Of a DNA stretch of 64,000 nucleotides, positions 20,082 to 29,090 are shown in pieces. The stretch's first letter is position 1, and each line of letters starts with the position of its first letter. The translations under genes were made by a program, and so were the position numbers. The DNA lies in NCBI GenBank assembly GCA_964412375.1, contig CAYPOD010000007.1, positions 24,123 through 88,122 on the forward strand. The letters run 5' to 3'. Origin of the DNA: an uncultured Chitinophaga sp. GTDB lineage: Bacteria; Bacteroidota; Bacteroidia; Chitinophagales; Chitinophagaceae. Under the pieces are notes generated by a model. The model was not told the DNA's origin, searched no databases, and saw only the letters and a program-made list of their open reading frames with translations.

Positions 20082-21644
20082 ATGATAAAAATAATTAAAC
20101 GACTTCTCCTTATTGGCACTATCCCTTTTTTTACGGGATGTGATAAGGACTTCGTAGAAGTAAATACTAACCCATATGCGATCACATCAGTTGACCCGGG
20201 AATTTTATTTGCAGGTGCACAACGAAACCACCTGGGAACATGGGAGGCAGAACACACCATTGTGCAGCAGTTTGTAAACCCTTACAACCAGGGAGCGACA
20301 CTCGGGTTTAACTTTAATGAAGATATTGATGGTGTCAGCACACCAAAATGGGACCAGTCTTACCCGTCTATAGTCAGAAACCTGATACAGGCATTGAACC
20401 TTATAGGTAATGACCCTGCAAGGGTTAATTTAAGGAGCATGATCAGGATATGGAAAGCTCAGGTATTCATGGGAATAGTGGATGCATATGGAGACGTTCC
20501 CTATTTTGAAGCGGGTAGGGCTGTAAGTGATGCCATCTTTTATCCCAAATATGATGATGATGCTGCCATCTACGACGATTTGTATAAAGAACTCAAAGAG
20601 GCTACAGCGGCATTGAACCCGTCAGGAGATTATGTTCCCTCAGATCTTTTCTACGGAGCAAAAGCACATGCAACCACTACTACTTCCACTGCTACAGCAC
20701 AAGTTGCCAAATGGAAAAAACTTGGTTTTTCATTGATGCTGAGGCTGGGTATGCGTTATTCAAAAGTAAATGCTACAAAAGCGCAGAGTATAGTTACTGA
20801 AGCCGTTGCTGGCGGGGTGATGACATCCAACGCTGATAATGCTTTCGTAAAATACGATGGCTCACTATATACGCAGGCAACTAATAATAACCTGCGCAAC
20901 TTCTCTGCTTTCAACTATGCAGCCGAGCCTTATGTAAACCAACTGAAATCAACCAATGATCCCAGGGCAAGAAATATTCTCGCAAATTTTGCAGACCCGG
21001 GTAATCTTGTAGGTGAACCTAATCCTGACGTTGTTTTAGCCAACCAATATGGTGTTCCTATCGGAGTTACGAATGTGCAGATAGCAGCCGGAGCTCCTTA
21101 CCGTGGAACAAGAGGCACAGGCCTTAATTATTCGCAATTTAATATCTGGAGGATAGCCTCCCCCGCTGCGCCTGACTTCTATGTAACTTATGCCCAGACA
21201 GCTTTGTTGCTCGCAGAAGCGGCCAAAAGAGGGTGGATACCCGGCGGTGATGCTACAGCAAAAACACATTATGACAATGCTATTACAGCTGATATGGCAG
21301 TGCATTCGCTTTATCCTGGAACTACGCCTATTTCCGGCGCAGAAGTAGCAGCCTACTTGCTTGAACCGGGTGTAGAATATACCCCTGCCGATGCACTGAG
21401 ACTAATTAATACACAATACTGGTTAGTGAACATTAGAAACGGAACTGAAGCATTTGCCAATTTCAGGAGGAGCGGATTTCCTGCACTAAGCCCCAACCTG
21501 TTTAATAATAATCTGAGTGGTGGTTTTGCAAGAAGATTATCCTATCCTGATGCTGAGGCTTCTGCTAACGCAGCCAATTACAGTGCTGCAGCAGCCGCAA
21601 TCGGTGGTGATAAATTAACGTCAAGAGTGTTTTGGGATAACTAA
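20082..21644 (+). CDS. SusD/RagB-family nutrient-binding outer-membrane lipoprotein
   Basis: It starts 5 nt after SusC. The lipoprotein signal is LLLIGTIPFFTGC. The size, TPR-like composition and C-terminus RVFWDN are typical of SusD-like proteins. Confidence 0.85.
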   Translation: MIKIIKRLLLIGTIPFFTGCDKDFVEVNTNPYAITSVDPGILFAGAQRNHLGTWEAEHTIVQQFVNPYNQGATLGFNFNEDIDGVSTPKWDQSYPSIVRNLIQALNLIGNDPARVNLRSMIRIWKAQVFMGIVDAYGDVPYFEAGRAVSDAIFYPKYDDDAAIYDDLYKELKEATAALNPSGDYVPSDLFYGAKAHATTTTSTATAQVAKWKKLGFSLMLRLGMRYSKVNATKAQSIVTEAVAGGVMTSNADNAFVKYDGSLYTQATNNNLRNFSAFNYAAEPYVNQLKSTNDPRARNILANFADPGNLVGEPNPDVVLANQYGVPIGVTNVQIAAGAPYRGTRGTGLNYSQFNIWRIASPAAPDFYVTYAQTALLLAEAAKRGWIPGGDATAKTHYDNAITADMAVHSLYPGTTPISGAEVAAYLLEPGVEYTPADALRLINTQYWLVNIRNGTEAFANFRRSGFPALSPNLFNNNLSGGFARRLSYPDAEASANAANYSAAAAAIGGDKLTSRVFWDN

Positions 21645-21743
21645 ACTGAAGCATTGATTGATGATGACTACGGAAAAAACAGTTATCATGTGAGCACAAA
21701 AACCAAAGGCTTTCTTTTAGCAAGCAGATAGCAGTTACCAATC

Positions 21744-21771
21744 AAAAACCTTTGTTTCTACAAAGGTTTTT
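21744..21771 (+). terminator. Candidate intrinsic terminator after susC/susD pair
   Basis: AAAAACCTTTG-tttcta-CAAAGGTTTTT gives an 11-bp stem whose 3' arm ends in T5. It lies 100 nt after the SusD stop. Confidence 0.6.
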
Positions 21772-21952
21772 GGCTCATATAGGAAATTTAGCGACTGGAC
21801 AAATAAACATAAGCTGCCTGTAGAAAAGTAGTCAGCGTATGTGAATATGTCAGTATCTGAATAAAAAAAATAAAGGCTTCCATTCATGAGAATACCAGGC
21901 ATGCCGGCCAGATCTAATTAATCAGCCGCTATTGTTATTGAAAACTGAACGT

Positions 21953-23680
21953 ATGAAGAAAGATCAACAGAAACTTCGCAGTCACGATTGGTTTGGCCGC
22001 AAAGACAAGGACGGGATCATTTACAGGAGCTGGATGAGGAACCAGGGAATACCCTCAGATATGTTTGACGGGAGACCCGTTATTGGTATATGTAATACAT
22101 TCAGTGAACTTACTCCCTGCAATGCCCATTTCCGTGACCATGCAGAAGCGGTGAAAAAAGGTGTGATAGAAGCTGGTGGCTTCCCGGTTGAATTTCCGAT
22201 AATGAGTTTGGGTGAAACATTGCTGAAACCGACCGCCATGCTTTTCCGTAACCTGGCAAGTATGGATGCCGAGGAAAGTATCCGGGGGAATCCTATTGAC
22301 GGAGTTGTTTTGTTGACAGGTTGTGATAAAACAACACCATCTACAGTCATGGGGGCAGCCAGTGTTGGATTACCTACCATTGTTGTTCCCGGTGGCCCGA
22401 TGCTGAATGGTAGGTACAAAGGTCAAGCTATTGGAAGCGGCACCCATGTCTGGAAGTTTGATGAAGACATGAAGACGGGTAAGATGACACAAGAAGACTG
22501 TGAATTTGCAGAAAGTTGTATGAGCCGCAGCATCGGTCATTGCATGACCATGGGCACTGCATCCACCATGGCTTGTATGGTTGAGGCACTGGGTCTGACA
22601 TTAAGCGGCGCTGCTGCTATTCCTGCAGCCGATTCAAGAAAAAAACTGATGGCAAGGTTAAGCGGCCGGCGAATTGTTGAGATGGTAAAGGAAAACCTGA
22701 CCATTGATAAGATACTTACCCGTGAAGCATTTGAAAATGCAATTAAAGTAAGCGCTGCTGTCGGCGGTTCTTCCAACTATATTATCCACCTCACTGCCAT
22801 TGCTGGCCGCATTGGTGTACCGCTTGAGTTGGAAGATTTTGATAAGATCGGCAGCAAGATTCCCCTGCTGCTCAACCTGATGCCGGCAGGCAAGTATCTC
22901 ATGGAAGATTTTTATTATGCCGGCGGCCTGCCCGTAATATTGAATGAACTCAAAGATCATTTGCATAAAAATGTTATCACCGTAACTGGAAAAAATCATC
23001 ATGAGAATATCAAAGGCAGCACCGAACGATTTAACGCAGATGTGATTGCCTGTATGGATAATCCGCTTATCCCTGAAGCCGGCTGTGTGGTGGTAAAAGG
23101 CAACCTAGCCATGAATGGCGCTGTTATTAAACCTTCGGCTGCCAGCCCCGCCCTGATGAAACACAAAGGCCGGGCCGTGGTGTTTGAAAGCATCGAGGAT
23201 TATCATGCCAGGATTGATGATCCCGATCTTGACATTGATGAAAACTGTGTTCTTGTATTGAAATATGTTGGTCCTGTTGGTTATCCGGGTATGCCGGAAG
23301 TAGGCAATATGGCTTTACCTAAGAAAATACTGGAAAAAGGAATAAAGGATATGGTCCGCATCAGCGATGGTCGTATGAGCGGTACAGCCTATGGTACCAC
23401 CGTACTGCATGTATCACCCGAATCCGCAACCGGTGGCAACCTGGCCCTGGTTTATAATGGCGATATCATTGAGCTTGATGTTGCCCAGCGAAAACTTCAC
23501 CTGCATGTGAGCGATGAAGAACTGGAAAAAAGACGTGCAGCTTGGGTGAAACCTGCCCCGGCTGCCACAAGAGGTTATGTACATTTGTATATCAACCATG
23601 TGATGCAGGCCGACAAAGGCGCTGACCTTGACTTCCTGCAGGGAAGTTCTGGTTCTGTCGTCACCAGGGATTCACATTGA
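21953..23680 (+). CDS. IlvD/Edd-family dehydratase (pentonate dehydratase type: D-xylonate/L-arabinonate)
   Basis: MKKDQQKLRSHDWFGRKDKDGIIYRSWMRNQGIP...PVIGICNTFSELTPCNAHF resembles the sugar-acid dehydratase branch of IlvD/Edd. It also has CDKTTP and a C-terminal SDGRMSG. The ATG at 21953 is preferred over the TTG at 21932. Confidence 0.85.
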   Translation: MKKDQQKLRSHDWFGRKDKDGIIYRSWMRNQGIPSDMFDGRPVIGICNTFSELTPCNAHFRDHAEAVKKGVIEAGGFPVEFPIMSLGETLLKPTAMLFRNLASMDAEESIRGNPIDGVVLLTGCDKTTPSTVMGAASVGLPTIVVPGGPMLNGRYKGQAIGSGTHVWKFDEDMKTGKMTQEDCEFAESCMSRSIGHCMTMGTASTMACMVEALGLTLSGAAAIPAADSRKKLMARLSGRRIVEMVKENLTIDKILTREAFENAIKVSAAVGGSSNYIIHLTAIAGRIGVPLELEDFDKIGSKIPLLLNLMPAGKYLMEDFYYAGGLPVILNELKDHLHKNVITVTGKNHHENIKGSTERFNADVIACMDNPLIPEAGCVVVKGNLAMNGAVIKPSAASPALMKHKGRAVVFESIEDYHARIDDPDLDIDENCVLVLKYVGPVGYPGMPEVGNMALPKKILEKGIKDMVRISDGRMSGTAYGTTVLHVSPESATGGNLALVYNGDIIELDVAQRKLHLHVSDEELEKRRAAWVKPAPAATRGYVHLYINHVMQADKGADLDFLQGSSGSVVTRDSH

Positions 23681-23724
23681 TCCGGCACCCCGATGGGAAA
23701 AAAGTTGGAATAACGCTATGAAAT

Positions 23725-24735
23725 ATGAGAGTAACTCTTTTTGCTTTGCTGCTGACAACGGTATCTTGCTATCATGCAAAACAATCTGCCAACATGACCT
23801 TCAGGAATACCGGCGTCATTGAACGTATTGACCCGGCATTGGATCTGCTTATTGACAAAGAAGCAAAACCCGAAATTATCGCCGAAGGATTTGACTGGAG
23901 TGAAGGTCCACTTTGGGTTGAAAAACATAAAATGCTTCTTTTCTCTGATGTCCCCCGGAATGCCATCTATAAATGGACGGCTGAAAAAGGCGCTGAAGTC
24001 TATTTAAAACCATCTGGCTTCACCGGCACCGAAACAACCAGCAGGGAACCCGGCAGTAATGGATTGCTGCTTGACAGCAAAGGCAATCTGGTAATGTGCC
24101 AGCATGGCGACCGCCAGATGGCAAGGATGGATGCGCCATTGACAAAGCCACAGCCGAAATTTATCAGCTTAGCCGCTAAATATGAAGGCAAGCGATTCAA
24201 CAGTCCCAATGATGCTGCGTTTAACAGCGATGGCGAATTGTTTTTCACAGATCCTCCCTATGGTTTGCCTATGAAAAATGGCAGATATACCGATAAAGAA
24301 ACTGATTTCAACGGCGTTTATAAAGTAAAAAAGAACGGTGACGTGGTATTGCTGGTTGACAGCATCACCCGGCCCAATGGTATCATCTTTCTTCCCGGCG
24401 AAAAACAACTGATCGTGGCAAACAGCGATCCGGCAAGGCCCCACTGGTATATGTTTGATGTGAACGGCGATGCCTTAACAAACGGCCGGATATTTCACAG
24501 CGCAGCCGGCGGACCAAGGGGATTGAAAGGATTGCCCGATGGCCTGAAGGCCGATAAAAAAGGAAATGTATTTGCATCAGGACCCGGCGGTGTATGGATC
24601 TTTGACAGCACAGGAAAGCTGCTGGGAAAAATAAAACTGGATGAGGCCTGCTCCAACATTGCTTTGTCTGCAGACGGGAAAACCATGTATATTACCAATG
24701 ATATGTATGTGCTGCGGTTAAAAATGAGAAAATAA
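23725..24735 (+). CDS. SMP-30/gluconolactonase/LRE-family lactonase with N-terminal signal (possible lipoprotein)
   Basis: MRVTLFALLLTTVSC, then EGPLWVEKHKMLLFSDVPRNAIYKW...FNSPNDAAFNSDGELFFTDPPYG...PNGIIFLP, the six-bladed propeller lactonase pattern. Confidence 0.8.
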   Translation: MRVTLFALLLTTVSCYHAKQSANMTFRNTGVIERIDPALDLLIDKEAKPEIIAEGFDWSEGPLWVEKHKMLLFSDVPRNAIYKWTAEKGAEVYLKPSGFTGTETTSREPGSNGLLLDSKGNLVMCQHGDRQMARMDAPLTKPQPKFISLAAKYEGKRFNSPNDAAFNSDGELFFTDPPYGLPMKNGRYTDKETDFNGVYKVKKNGDVVLLVDSITRPNGIIFLPGEKQLIVANSDPARPHWYMFDVNGDALTNGRIFHSAAGGPRGLKGLPDGLKADKKGNVFASGPGGVWIFDSTGKLLGKIKLDEACSNIALSADGKTMYITNDMYVLRLKMRK

Positions 24736-24738
24736 ATC

Positions 24739-26064
24739 ATGGCTATTCTCACTATACTCCTGAGCATCGCAGTCATCGTTTTGCTCATCACAAAATTGAA
24801 ACTTCACCCATTCCTGGCATTGTTGCTTGTAAGTATTGTGCTGGGGCTTGTCACAGGGATGAACCCTGCTCTTGTCATCACATCCATCCAGGAGGGCTTT
24901 GGCGGAACCTTAGGAAAGATCGGCCTGGTGATCATACTCGGTGTGATGATCGGTGCGTTCCTCGAGCATAGTGGTGGCGCTTTGGTACTGGCCAACAAAA
25001 TTCTTTCACTTATCGGCAAAAAAAGAGTGGCAACTGCGATGGGCATCATCGGTTATGTCATTTCCATTCCTGTTTTTTCCGACAGTGGTTTTGTATTACT
25101 TTCTTCGTTGAATAAAACGCTAACCAAAAAAGCCGGTTTATCATTGGCAGGAACAGCTATCGCTTTAGGCCTCGGACTTTCCTGCACCCATGCATTGGTG
25201 CCTCCCACACCGGGGCCTGTAGCCGCAGCAGGAATATTGAATGCAGACCTTGCACTCGTAATGGGCCTGGGATTGATTGCAGCAGGTGTTGCATTGGTCG
25301 CCGCCTTACTTTTTGCCCATAAAGTTGCTGCAAAAATTTATATTGATCCCGGGCCATTGCCAGAAGAAGACAAGTCTGCAAAAACATATGCGCCGGGTTT
25401 GCTTCGTTCAGCATTACCTATATTGGTTCCTGTCATACTGATCGTTTTGAAATCAGTCACAGCAAATGCTGCTGCTGTAAACTGGCAATCATTGAAACAG
25501 ATCATATCCTTTGCCGGCGAACCCATCATTGCCTTATTGATCGGCTTTGCATTTTGCCTGCTGCTGCCACAGCGTTTGAATAAAGACATGCTTTCCACTG
25601 ATGGATGGGTGGGCAAAGCATTGACTGATTCGGCAACAATACTGCTGGTCACAGGCGCCGGGGGAATATTCGGAAAAGTGCTGCAAAATTCAGATATCGC
25701 CGCTATGCTGGGCGATGCACTCACACAATCGAGTATGGGTATCTTCCTGCCTTTTCTTTTGGCTGCCGCCTTAAAAACTGCACAAGGTTCCTCCACCGTG
25801 GCACTGATCACCACGGCATCAGTAATAGCGCCATTGATGAGTACACTGGGTTTTGTCAGTGAAATTGATAAAGCTATGGCGGTGATCGCAATTGGCGCCG
25901 GCTCATTGGTGGTTTCACATGTGAATGACAGTTTTTTCTGGGTGGTGACACAGATGAGCAATATGGATGTAAAAACAGGATACAAACTGCATACAACAGG
26001 AACATTGATCATCGGTAGCACAGCTATGGCTACCTTATATATATTATTTACTATTCTTCACTAA
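24739..26064 (+). CDS. GntP-family gluconate/aldonate:H+ symporter
   Basis: Polytopic protein. HPFLALLLVSIVLGL...GFGGTLGKIGLVIILGVMIG...PPTPGP are typical of GntP permeases. Confidence 0.85.
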   Translation: MAILTILLSIAVIVLLITKLKLHPFLALLLVSIVLGLVTGMNPALVITSIQEGFGGTLGKIGLVIILGVMIGAFLEHSGGALVLANKILSLIGKKRVATAMGIIGYVISIPVFSDSGFVLLSSLNKTLTKKAGLSLAGTAIALGLGLSCTHALVPPTPGPVAAAGILNADLALVMGLGLIAAGVALVAALLFAHKVAAKIYIDPGPLPEEDKSAKTYAPGLLRSALPILVPVILIVLKSVTANAAAVNWQSLKQIISFAGEPIIALLIGFAFCLLLPQRLNKDMLSTDGWVGKALTDSATILLVTGAGGIFGKVLQNSDIAAMLGDALTQSSMGIFLPFLLAAALKTAQGSSTVALITTASVIAPLMSTLGFVSEIDKAMAVIAIGAGSLVVSHVNDSFFWVVTQMSNMDVKTGYKLHTTGTLIIGSTAMATLYILFTILH

Positions 26065-26073
26065 ACATCAGAT

Positions 26074-26907
26074 ATGAAACTATATCGTACAACAGAAGGC
26101 ATTATCATTGAACATGGCAATCTCTTTTTTTCAACTGGCGATCACAACTGGGACCGGTTCATTAACGATGACAATTTGCTCGCTAAATGCAGCACCATTG
26201 TCAATACCAGTACGTCATCAACAAGCCAGTTACCTCCGGGTGCAGCTATCATGCCGGTATTGCAAAGCCAGGAGTTATGGGCCTGTGGTGTCACCTATCT
26301 GCGCAGCAAGATCGGCCGCCAGGAAGAATCAAAAGAAGCAGGCGGTGGTGATTTTTATGCGAGGGTATATGAAGCGGAAAGACCGGAAGCATTTTTTAAA
26401 TCCACTCCCCACCGGGTGGTGGGCCATGGCGGTAAAGTCAGGATCAGGAAAGATTCTACCTGGGATGTGCCTGAGCCGGAATTGACACTGGTGGTTTCTT
26501 CATCAGGAAAAATTGTTGGCTACACGGTTGGCAATGACATGAGCAGCCGGAGTATTGAAGGAGAAAATCCATTGTATTTGCCACAGGCAAAAACTTATGA
26601 TGGCTGTGCTGCAGTGGGACCGTGTGTGTATGTAACGGATGAGCCCATCCCCGCTTCCACCATGATCCGCCTTGTGATCAACCGAAACAACGAAACTGTT
26701 TTTGAGGGAGATGTTGGCATCAGCCAGATGAAAAGAACCGTGACGGAACTGGTTTCCTATGTGTACCGGGAATGTTCATTTCCTCATGGCGCACTGATCA
26801 TGACGGGTACAGGCATTGTTCCTGGTCATGACTTCACCCTTCAGCAGGGAGATGAGGTACAAATTACTATAGATGGTATCGGTACACTTATCAATACAGT
26901 AGCGTAA
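26074..26907 (+). CDS. Fumarylacetoacetate hydrolase (FAH) family protein, 2-keto-3-deoxy-pentonate dehydratase-like
   Basis: PEPELTLVVSSSGKIVGYTVGNDMSSRSIEGENPLYLPQAKTY...LIMTGTGIVP is an FAH fold resembling the KdaD/XylX-type dehydratases. Subfamily assignment is inference from context. Confidence 0.65.
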   Translation: MKLYRTTEGIIIEHGNLFFSTGDHNWDRFINDDNLLAKCSTIVNTSTSSTSQLPPGAAIMPVLQSQELWACGVTYLRSKIGRQEESKEAGGGDFYARVYEAERPEAFFKSTPHRVVGHGGKVRIRKDSTWDVPEPELTLVVSSSGKIVGYTVGNDMSSRSIEGENPLYLPQAKTYDGCAAVGPCVYVTDEPIPASTMIRLVINRNNETVFEGDVGISQMKRTVTELVSYVYRECSFPHGALIMTGTGIVPGHDFTLQQGDEVQITIDGIGTLINTVA

Positions 26908-26928
26908 CTGACATTTAAATATTAAAAC

Positions 26929-28032
26929 ATGAAAAATCTGCTTATCATTCTTGCAATGGCCTCTGCTTTGTTGCACTGGCGTTGCACCAACAGTCATGCC
27001 GTGTCAAAACAAGATATAAATGACACAAAAGGGCTGAAAGATTATTACAAAGATTTTTTTGACATTGGAGTGGCTGTTTCCCCGCAGGCTTTAAAGAGAG
27101 ATGAAGCGGGACTGGTGATTGAGCATTTCAACAGCATGACTGCAGAAAATGCTATGAAAAGCGGCCCGATACATCCGCAGGAAAAAGTGTATAACTGGGC
27201 AGGTGGTGATTCCATTGCAGCATTTGCCAAACGAAATAACATGAAACTACGGGGGCATTGCCTCGTGTGGCACAGCCAGGCACCCCGCTGGTTTTTTACT
27301 GACTCCACAACAGGCAAACAAGTAACAAAGGAAGTGCTCCTCCAACGCATGAAAGATCATATCACTACCGTGGTGACAAGGTATAAAGGAACAATCTTTG
27401 CCTGGGATGTGGTGAATGAGGCGATATCTGATAAACCGGAAGAGTTTTATCGTCCTTCGCTTTTTTATACGATCATTGGTGAAGAATTTATTGCCAAGGC
27501 TTTCGAATATGCCCATGCCGCCGATCCCAATGCACTTTTGTTTTATAACGACTATAATGAGATCAATGACACGAAAAGAGCCAAGATCATTAAAATGGTC
27601 AGTGACCTGAAAGCAAAAGGAATTCCCATTCACGGTGTGGGGCTGCAGGCACACTGGGCCGTCAGTGAACCATCAGAGGAGAAACTGGAAACCACCTTAA
27701 AAGAGTTTTCATCATTGGGCCTGCCTCTTCATATTACAGAACTGGATATTTCCGTTTACCCGAAAGAACACAATGCCAGGGAAAAGAAACCGGGAGACTA
27801 CGACACTACTTTTACTGCAGATAAAGAAGCAAAGCAAATTGAAGTATATAAAATGTGTTTTGAAAAATTCAGGAAATATAAAAATCATATCAAAAGCGTT
27901 ACATTCTGGAATATTTCGGACAGAAGCAGCTGGCTGGATAATTTCCCGGTGAGAGGAAGAAAGGATTACCCCTTATTGTTTGACAGGGAATTAAAACCAA
28001 AGAAAGTATATTGGGAGATCATCAAATGGTAA
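26929..28032 (+). CDS. Glycoside hydrolase family 10 endo-1,4-beta-xylanase
   Basis: Signal peptide. HFNSMTAENAMK, LRGHCLVWHSQ, WDVVNEAI (acid/base) and ITELDIS (nucleophile) are canonical GH10 motifs. Confidence 0.9.
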   Translation: MKNLLIILAMASALLHWRCTNSHAVSKQDINDTKGLKDYYKDFFDIGVAVSPQALKRDEAGLVIEHFNSMTAENAMKSGPIHPQEKVYNWAGGDSIAAFAKRNNMKLRGHCLVWHSQAPRWFFTDSTTGKQVTKEVLLQRMKDHITTVVTRYKGTIFAWDVVNEAISDKPEEFYRPSLFYTIIGEEFIAKAFEYAHAADPNALLFYNDYNEINDTKRAKIIKMVSDLKAKGIPIHGVGLQAHWAVSEPSEEKLETTLKEFSSLGLPLHITELDISVYPKEHNAREKKPGDYDTTFTADKEAKQIEVYKMCFEKFRKYKNHIKSVTFWNISDRSSWLDNFPVRGRKDYPLLFDRELKPKKVYWEIIKW

Positions 28033-28041
28033 ACCACGGTT

Positions 28042-29085
28042 ATGATCACCGCTAAAGCTTACGCAGCGCAGGATGCTGCCAGTCCGCTCACTCCTTTTAC
28101 ATTTGAGAGAAGAGAGCTTCTACCGCATGATGTGCTGGTAGATATCTTGTATTGCGGCGTTTGTCACAGCGACCTGCACCAGGTGAGAAACGAATGGGGA
28201 GATGCTATATATCCTATGGTACCGGGTCATGAGATCATCGGGAAAGTGGTGGCAACGGGTAGTGCGGTCACGAAATTCAAGATTGGTGAAACAGCCGCTG
28301 TGGGTGTGATGATTGACAGTTGCCGCAGTTGCAACAACTGCCGCCAGTATATGGAACAATATTGTGATGAAGGCATGACCGGCACCTACAACACTTATGA
28401 ACGGGACAAAAAGACAATAGCACAAGGTGGTTATTCATCTGTAATTGTTACTGATGAAAGATGGGTGTATCATGTTGCTGACAGCCTGGACCCTGCTGCT
28501 GCGGCTCCATTATTGTGCGCCGGTATCACCACCTATTCACCCTTGCGCTTTGCCCATGTAGGTAAAGGCACGAAAGTGGGAGTGATAGGACTCGGCGGCC
28601 TGGGTCATTTGGGTGTAAAGTTCGCCGCTTCTTTCGGCGCTGAAGTGACACTGGTGAGCACCTCTGCATCCAAACAAAAAGATGCACATCGTCTCGGAGC
28701 CCACCAGTTCCTGCTGAGTACCGATGCTGCACAAATGAAAAAATTCTCTTCTTATTTTGATGTATTGCTCAATTGTGTTTCCGCCAACCATGATTACAGC
28801 AACTACCTGAAGCTCCTGGCGCTGGATGGGAAAATGCTTGTAGTTGGTTTGCCGGCAGAAGACCCACGTATCAGTCCTTTTGCCATCATCAAAAACCGCC
28901 GCTCCATCACAGGCTCCATGATCGGCGGAACGGTGGAAACACAGGAGATGCTTGATTATTGCGCAGAAAAAAATATTGTGTCCGATGTGGAAGTCATCCC
29001 TGTGCAGCAGGTGAATGAAGCCTATGAAAGAATGCTGCGCAATGATGTTCGTTATCGTTTTGTTCTTGACATGAAAACTCTCTGA
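28042..29085 (+). CDS. Zinc-dependent NAD(P) alcohol/aldehyde dehydrogenase (MDR, YahK/cinnamyl-ADH-like)
   Basis: GVCHSDLH, GHEIIGKV, the structural-zinc Cys cluster CRSCNNCRQYMEQYC and GLGGLGH (Rossmann). Confidence 0.85.
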   Translation: MITAKAYAAQDAASPLTPFTFERRELLPHDVLVDILYCGVCHSDLHQVRNEWGDAIYPMVPGHEIIGKVVATGSAVTKFKIGETAAVGVMIDSCRSCNNCRQYMEQYCDEGMTGTYNTYERDKKTIAQGGYSSVIVTDERWVYHVADSLDPAAAAPLLCAGITTYSPLRFAHVGKGTKVGVIGLGGLGHLGVKFAASFGAEVTLVSTSASKQKDAHRLGAHQFLLSTDAAQMKKFSSYFDVLLNCVSANHDYSNYLKLLALDGKMLVVGLPAEDPRISPFAIIKNRRSITGSMIGGTVETQEMLDYCAEKNIVSDVEVIPVQQVNEAYERMLRNDVRYRFVLDMKTL

Positions 29086-29090
29086 TAAAA

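Noticed and set aside
25338-26021. A 227-aa ORF antisense to the GntP permease gene. Similar long antisense or out-of-frame ORFs occur at 36494-37030, 34438-34977, 10985-11557, 9943-10467, 8187-8711, 29355-29906, 59433-59930, 13427-13927 and 14621-15031.
   Set aside because: Each lies entirely inside a strongly supported gene on the opposite strand or in another frame. Each has a low-complexity or odd composition (Ser/Arg/Cys-rich) and no recognisable motif. They are typical shadow ORFs.
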